Assembly (NCBI GenBank): GCA_035084275.1
Contig: CM068771.1
Span: 558,001-622,000, forward strand
Source of the DNA: Hydrolagus colliei
Lineage: Eukaryota
Length of the DNA stretch: 64,000 nt
Reading direction: 5' to 3'
The notes under the pieces were generated by a model that was not told where the DNA came from, ran no database searches, and was given only the letters and a program-made list of their open reading frames with translations. Below, piece after piece: positions 62,034 through 64,000 of the stretch (within the stretch, counting starts at the first letter, position 1; each line of letters opens with the position of its first letter). The translations under genes were made by a program, and so were the position numbers.

Positions 62034-62218
62034 GGGCAGAGGGAGTCACTGACTGACCAAGTAACAGATGACAGGAGGTGGACACAGCAGCTCATTGGTG
62101 TATCCCAGGCCATTGCTGACTCGTATCTAAACCCGTGCTGTTGATATGTTTGTTCTGTGTTAAATCATTGTTTATCTTATTAATGTCTGAGGCGTTTAAT
62201 CCCAGCCAGGGACTTTCC
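62034..62218 (+). promoter_or_regulatory. MHC-type X1-X2-Y module plus kB site, copy D
   Basis: X1 CCAAGTAACAGATG 62057-62070, 20 bp spacer, CTCATTGG 62091-62098, GGGACTTTCC 62209-62218. Confidence 0.75.
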
Positions 62219-62784
62219 AACCACAGCCACACTTCCCCCTCCTGAACCATTCTTCACACCCTCCTTCTAAACTGCTTCCCTTCATAATCCATTGCTCCCA
62301 CTTCTAAATGGTATCAAAAAGGCTAATGGGATGTTGGCCTTTATCTCGAGGGGCTGCCATATAGAGAAGAGGGAATGATTCTTCAACTAGCAAAAAGATA
62401 AGAGAGTCTTGGTCTGACCCCATCTGCTATACTGAGTTCCATTTGGGGCACTGCAGCTCAGGAAGGATATGTTGGCTGGGTGGAGGGTGGTGGGTGGTGG
62501 TGGTGGGGGGGGGGGGGGGAGCGGTGGGGGGGGTGGGGGTGCAATGCAGATTCTCCAAAAATGATACCAGGAATTAACGGGTAAAATTACCTGGGCAGGT
62601 TGCACTAACTTGGTCCCTGACGTTTGTAAGGTGAGGAATGATCTGATCGCGTTTTTGAAAATAATAAAGGGATTCAGTAGCGTCGTTACAGAGAAACTAT
62701 TTGCTCAGTTGGGGGAGTTCAGAACAAGGAGCCAATCCTTCTGGGAGTGAAATTATAAGGTTGATTTTCACCCAATTAGTAACA

Positions 62785-63078
62785 ATAATAATTATCCTTT
62801 CCTTTTGATATAGAGATTTTCATGTCTTCTAGATGTCTGCAAGTACTTCTCAGAATATAATGTAAAGTGAATTGACAGTATATATATGTGGGCAAAACAT
62901 GGCAGCGAATTGCACGCCACAGTGTCCCACAAACAGTCGTGGGTTGAAATAACCAATTTCTTTTAGGGATTATTAGGCATGTGGAATACGGAAACTTGCC
63001 CAAGGTTTCACCCTGCGTGGAATTGAACTCAAGTCTCTCACTTGTAAGGCGAGTGCTCTAACCACTGAGCTACAGGAC
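62785..63078 (-). mobile_element. Full-length tRNA(Val-like)-derived SINE
   Basis: Minus strand tcctgtagctcagtggttagagcactcgccttacaagtgagagacttgagttcaattcc head plus the common body and tail. Confidence 0.8.
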
Positions 63079-63659
63079 TAAGTGGAAAATTCTGGAACTG
63101 TCTCCCCCAAAGGGCTGTGTTGCTGAATCCATTCACAGTTTCAAAACAGAGCCAGACAGATATTTGTTAGGTCAGGGTACTAAGGGATATGGGGCAAGGG
63201 TGGTTAATTCAAGTTGAGGTACTCATCAGCCATGATATAATAAAATGGTTTGACAGCCTCCTCTTGTTTCTCAGTTTGTAATCTACTGTCTGGTCCACAC
63301 TAAACCTGAGACTGTCAATGTATGTGAGAGAGAGAGTGTGTAATTTAGTGTTTCAGTATGTGTTTGATTTTGTATATGTGTGTGTGTGTGACTCTGTGTT
63401 TGTGTGACTCTGTGTGTTTATTACCATCTTGATGCACGGGTGGGAAGCACAGATTCACCCGAATGATACCAGTGTTTAAAGAGTTATATCATGACAGGTT
63501 TCATAAATTTGTCCTCTATTTCCATGAGTTTGGCATATTAAGGGATAATCTGCTCTATGTTGTTAAAATAACAAAGGGATTCAAAAAGGAAAATAGAGAG
63601 AAACTGTTTCTTCTGATGTGGGAATCGAAATCAACGACCACATTCTTAAAGTTAGACCC

Positions 63660-64000
63660 AACAACAACAACAAAAAACTTTACATTTGCCTTTCATGTCA
63701 GGTGGATGTCCAAAGTCCCTGGACATACAGTGTTTCCAACTCGAGCTGGAGTGGGGATAGGGAAGAGTGGAGGGAAGGGAGGGGAAAGATTGCAGATGGC
63801 ACCAACGAAGGGAAGGGCCTTGAGGTGGAAATTGAAAGAGGGGGTTGGGCAGAGGGATTATGGGATACAATTCTAGAGGATGGAGGCAGATTGGCTGTCA
63901 CAACCTCACCACCAAAGCTGCTGAAACCCCCATTCATGCCTTCATTACATCTCGGCTTGAATATGCAAATGACCTACTTGACGGCCTTCCCAATTCCTCC
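63660..64000 (-). mobile_element. L2 3' fragment
   Basis: aacaacaacaaaaaactttacatttgcctttcatgtcagg tail; L2 ORF2 C-terminal remnants. Confidence 0.65.

Noticed and set aside
62990-63078. tRNA-Val-like sequences (also ~315-390, ~3560-3640, ~41067-41140)
   Set aside because: Stems are imperfect and each runs straight into a shared SINE body and tail; these are SINE heads, not tRNA genes.

Overview
Repeat-rich vertebrate genomic DNA, most likely from a cartilaginous fish (inferred from CR1/L2/Penelope repeats, tRNA-derived SINEs with L2 tails, and the expanded GPR139/142-like receptor type). It holds three intact two-exon class A GPCR genes (G1 1300-4367 -, G2 14399-18109 +, G3 29339-32250 -). 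G1 and G3 lie in a ~9.6 kb segmental duplication. All three share a C/EBP + AP-1-like + TATA promoter, and a fourth, orphan copy of that promoter points antisense into G2. Interleaved are MHC remnants: a class I-like pseudogene (alpha3, TM and cytoplasmic exons), a second class I TM/cytoplasmic remnant in the opposite orientation, a frameshifted class II beta-like TM exon with a following exon, and an orphan leader exon. Four copies of an MHC-type X1-X2-Y promoter module (20-21 bp X-Y spacing) are each followed about 117 bp later by an NF-kB site. Also present: a histone H2B pseudogene fragment, two Gypsy remnants, an inverted Penelope pair carrying a hammerhead ribozyme motif, hAT and Tigger-like DNA transposon pieces, and many LINE/SINE fragments. 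All alignments and counts were done by eye; repeat boundaries are approximate.
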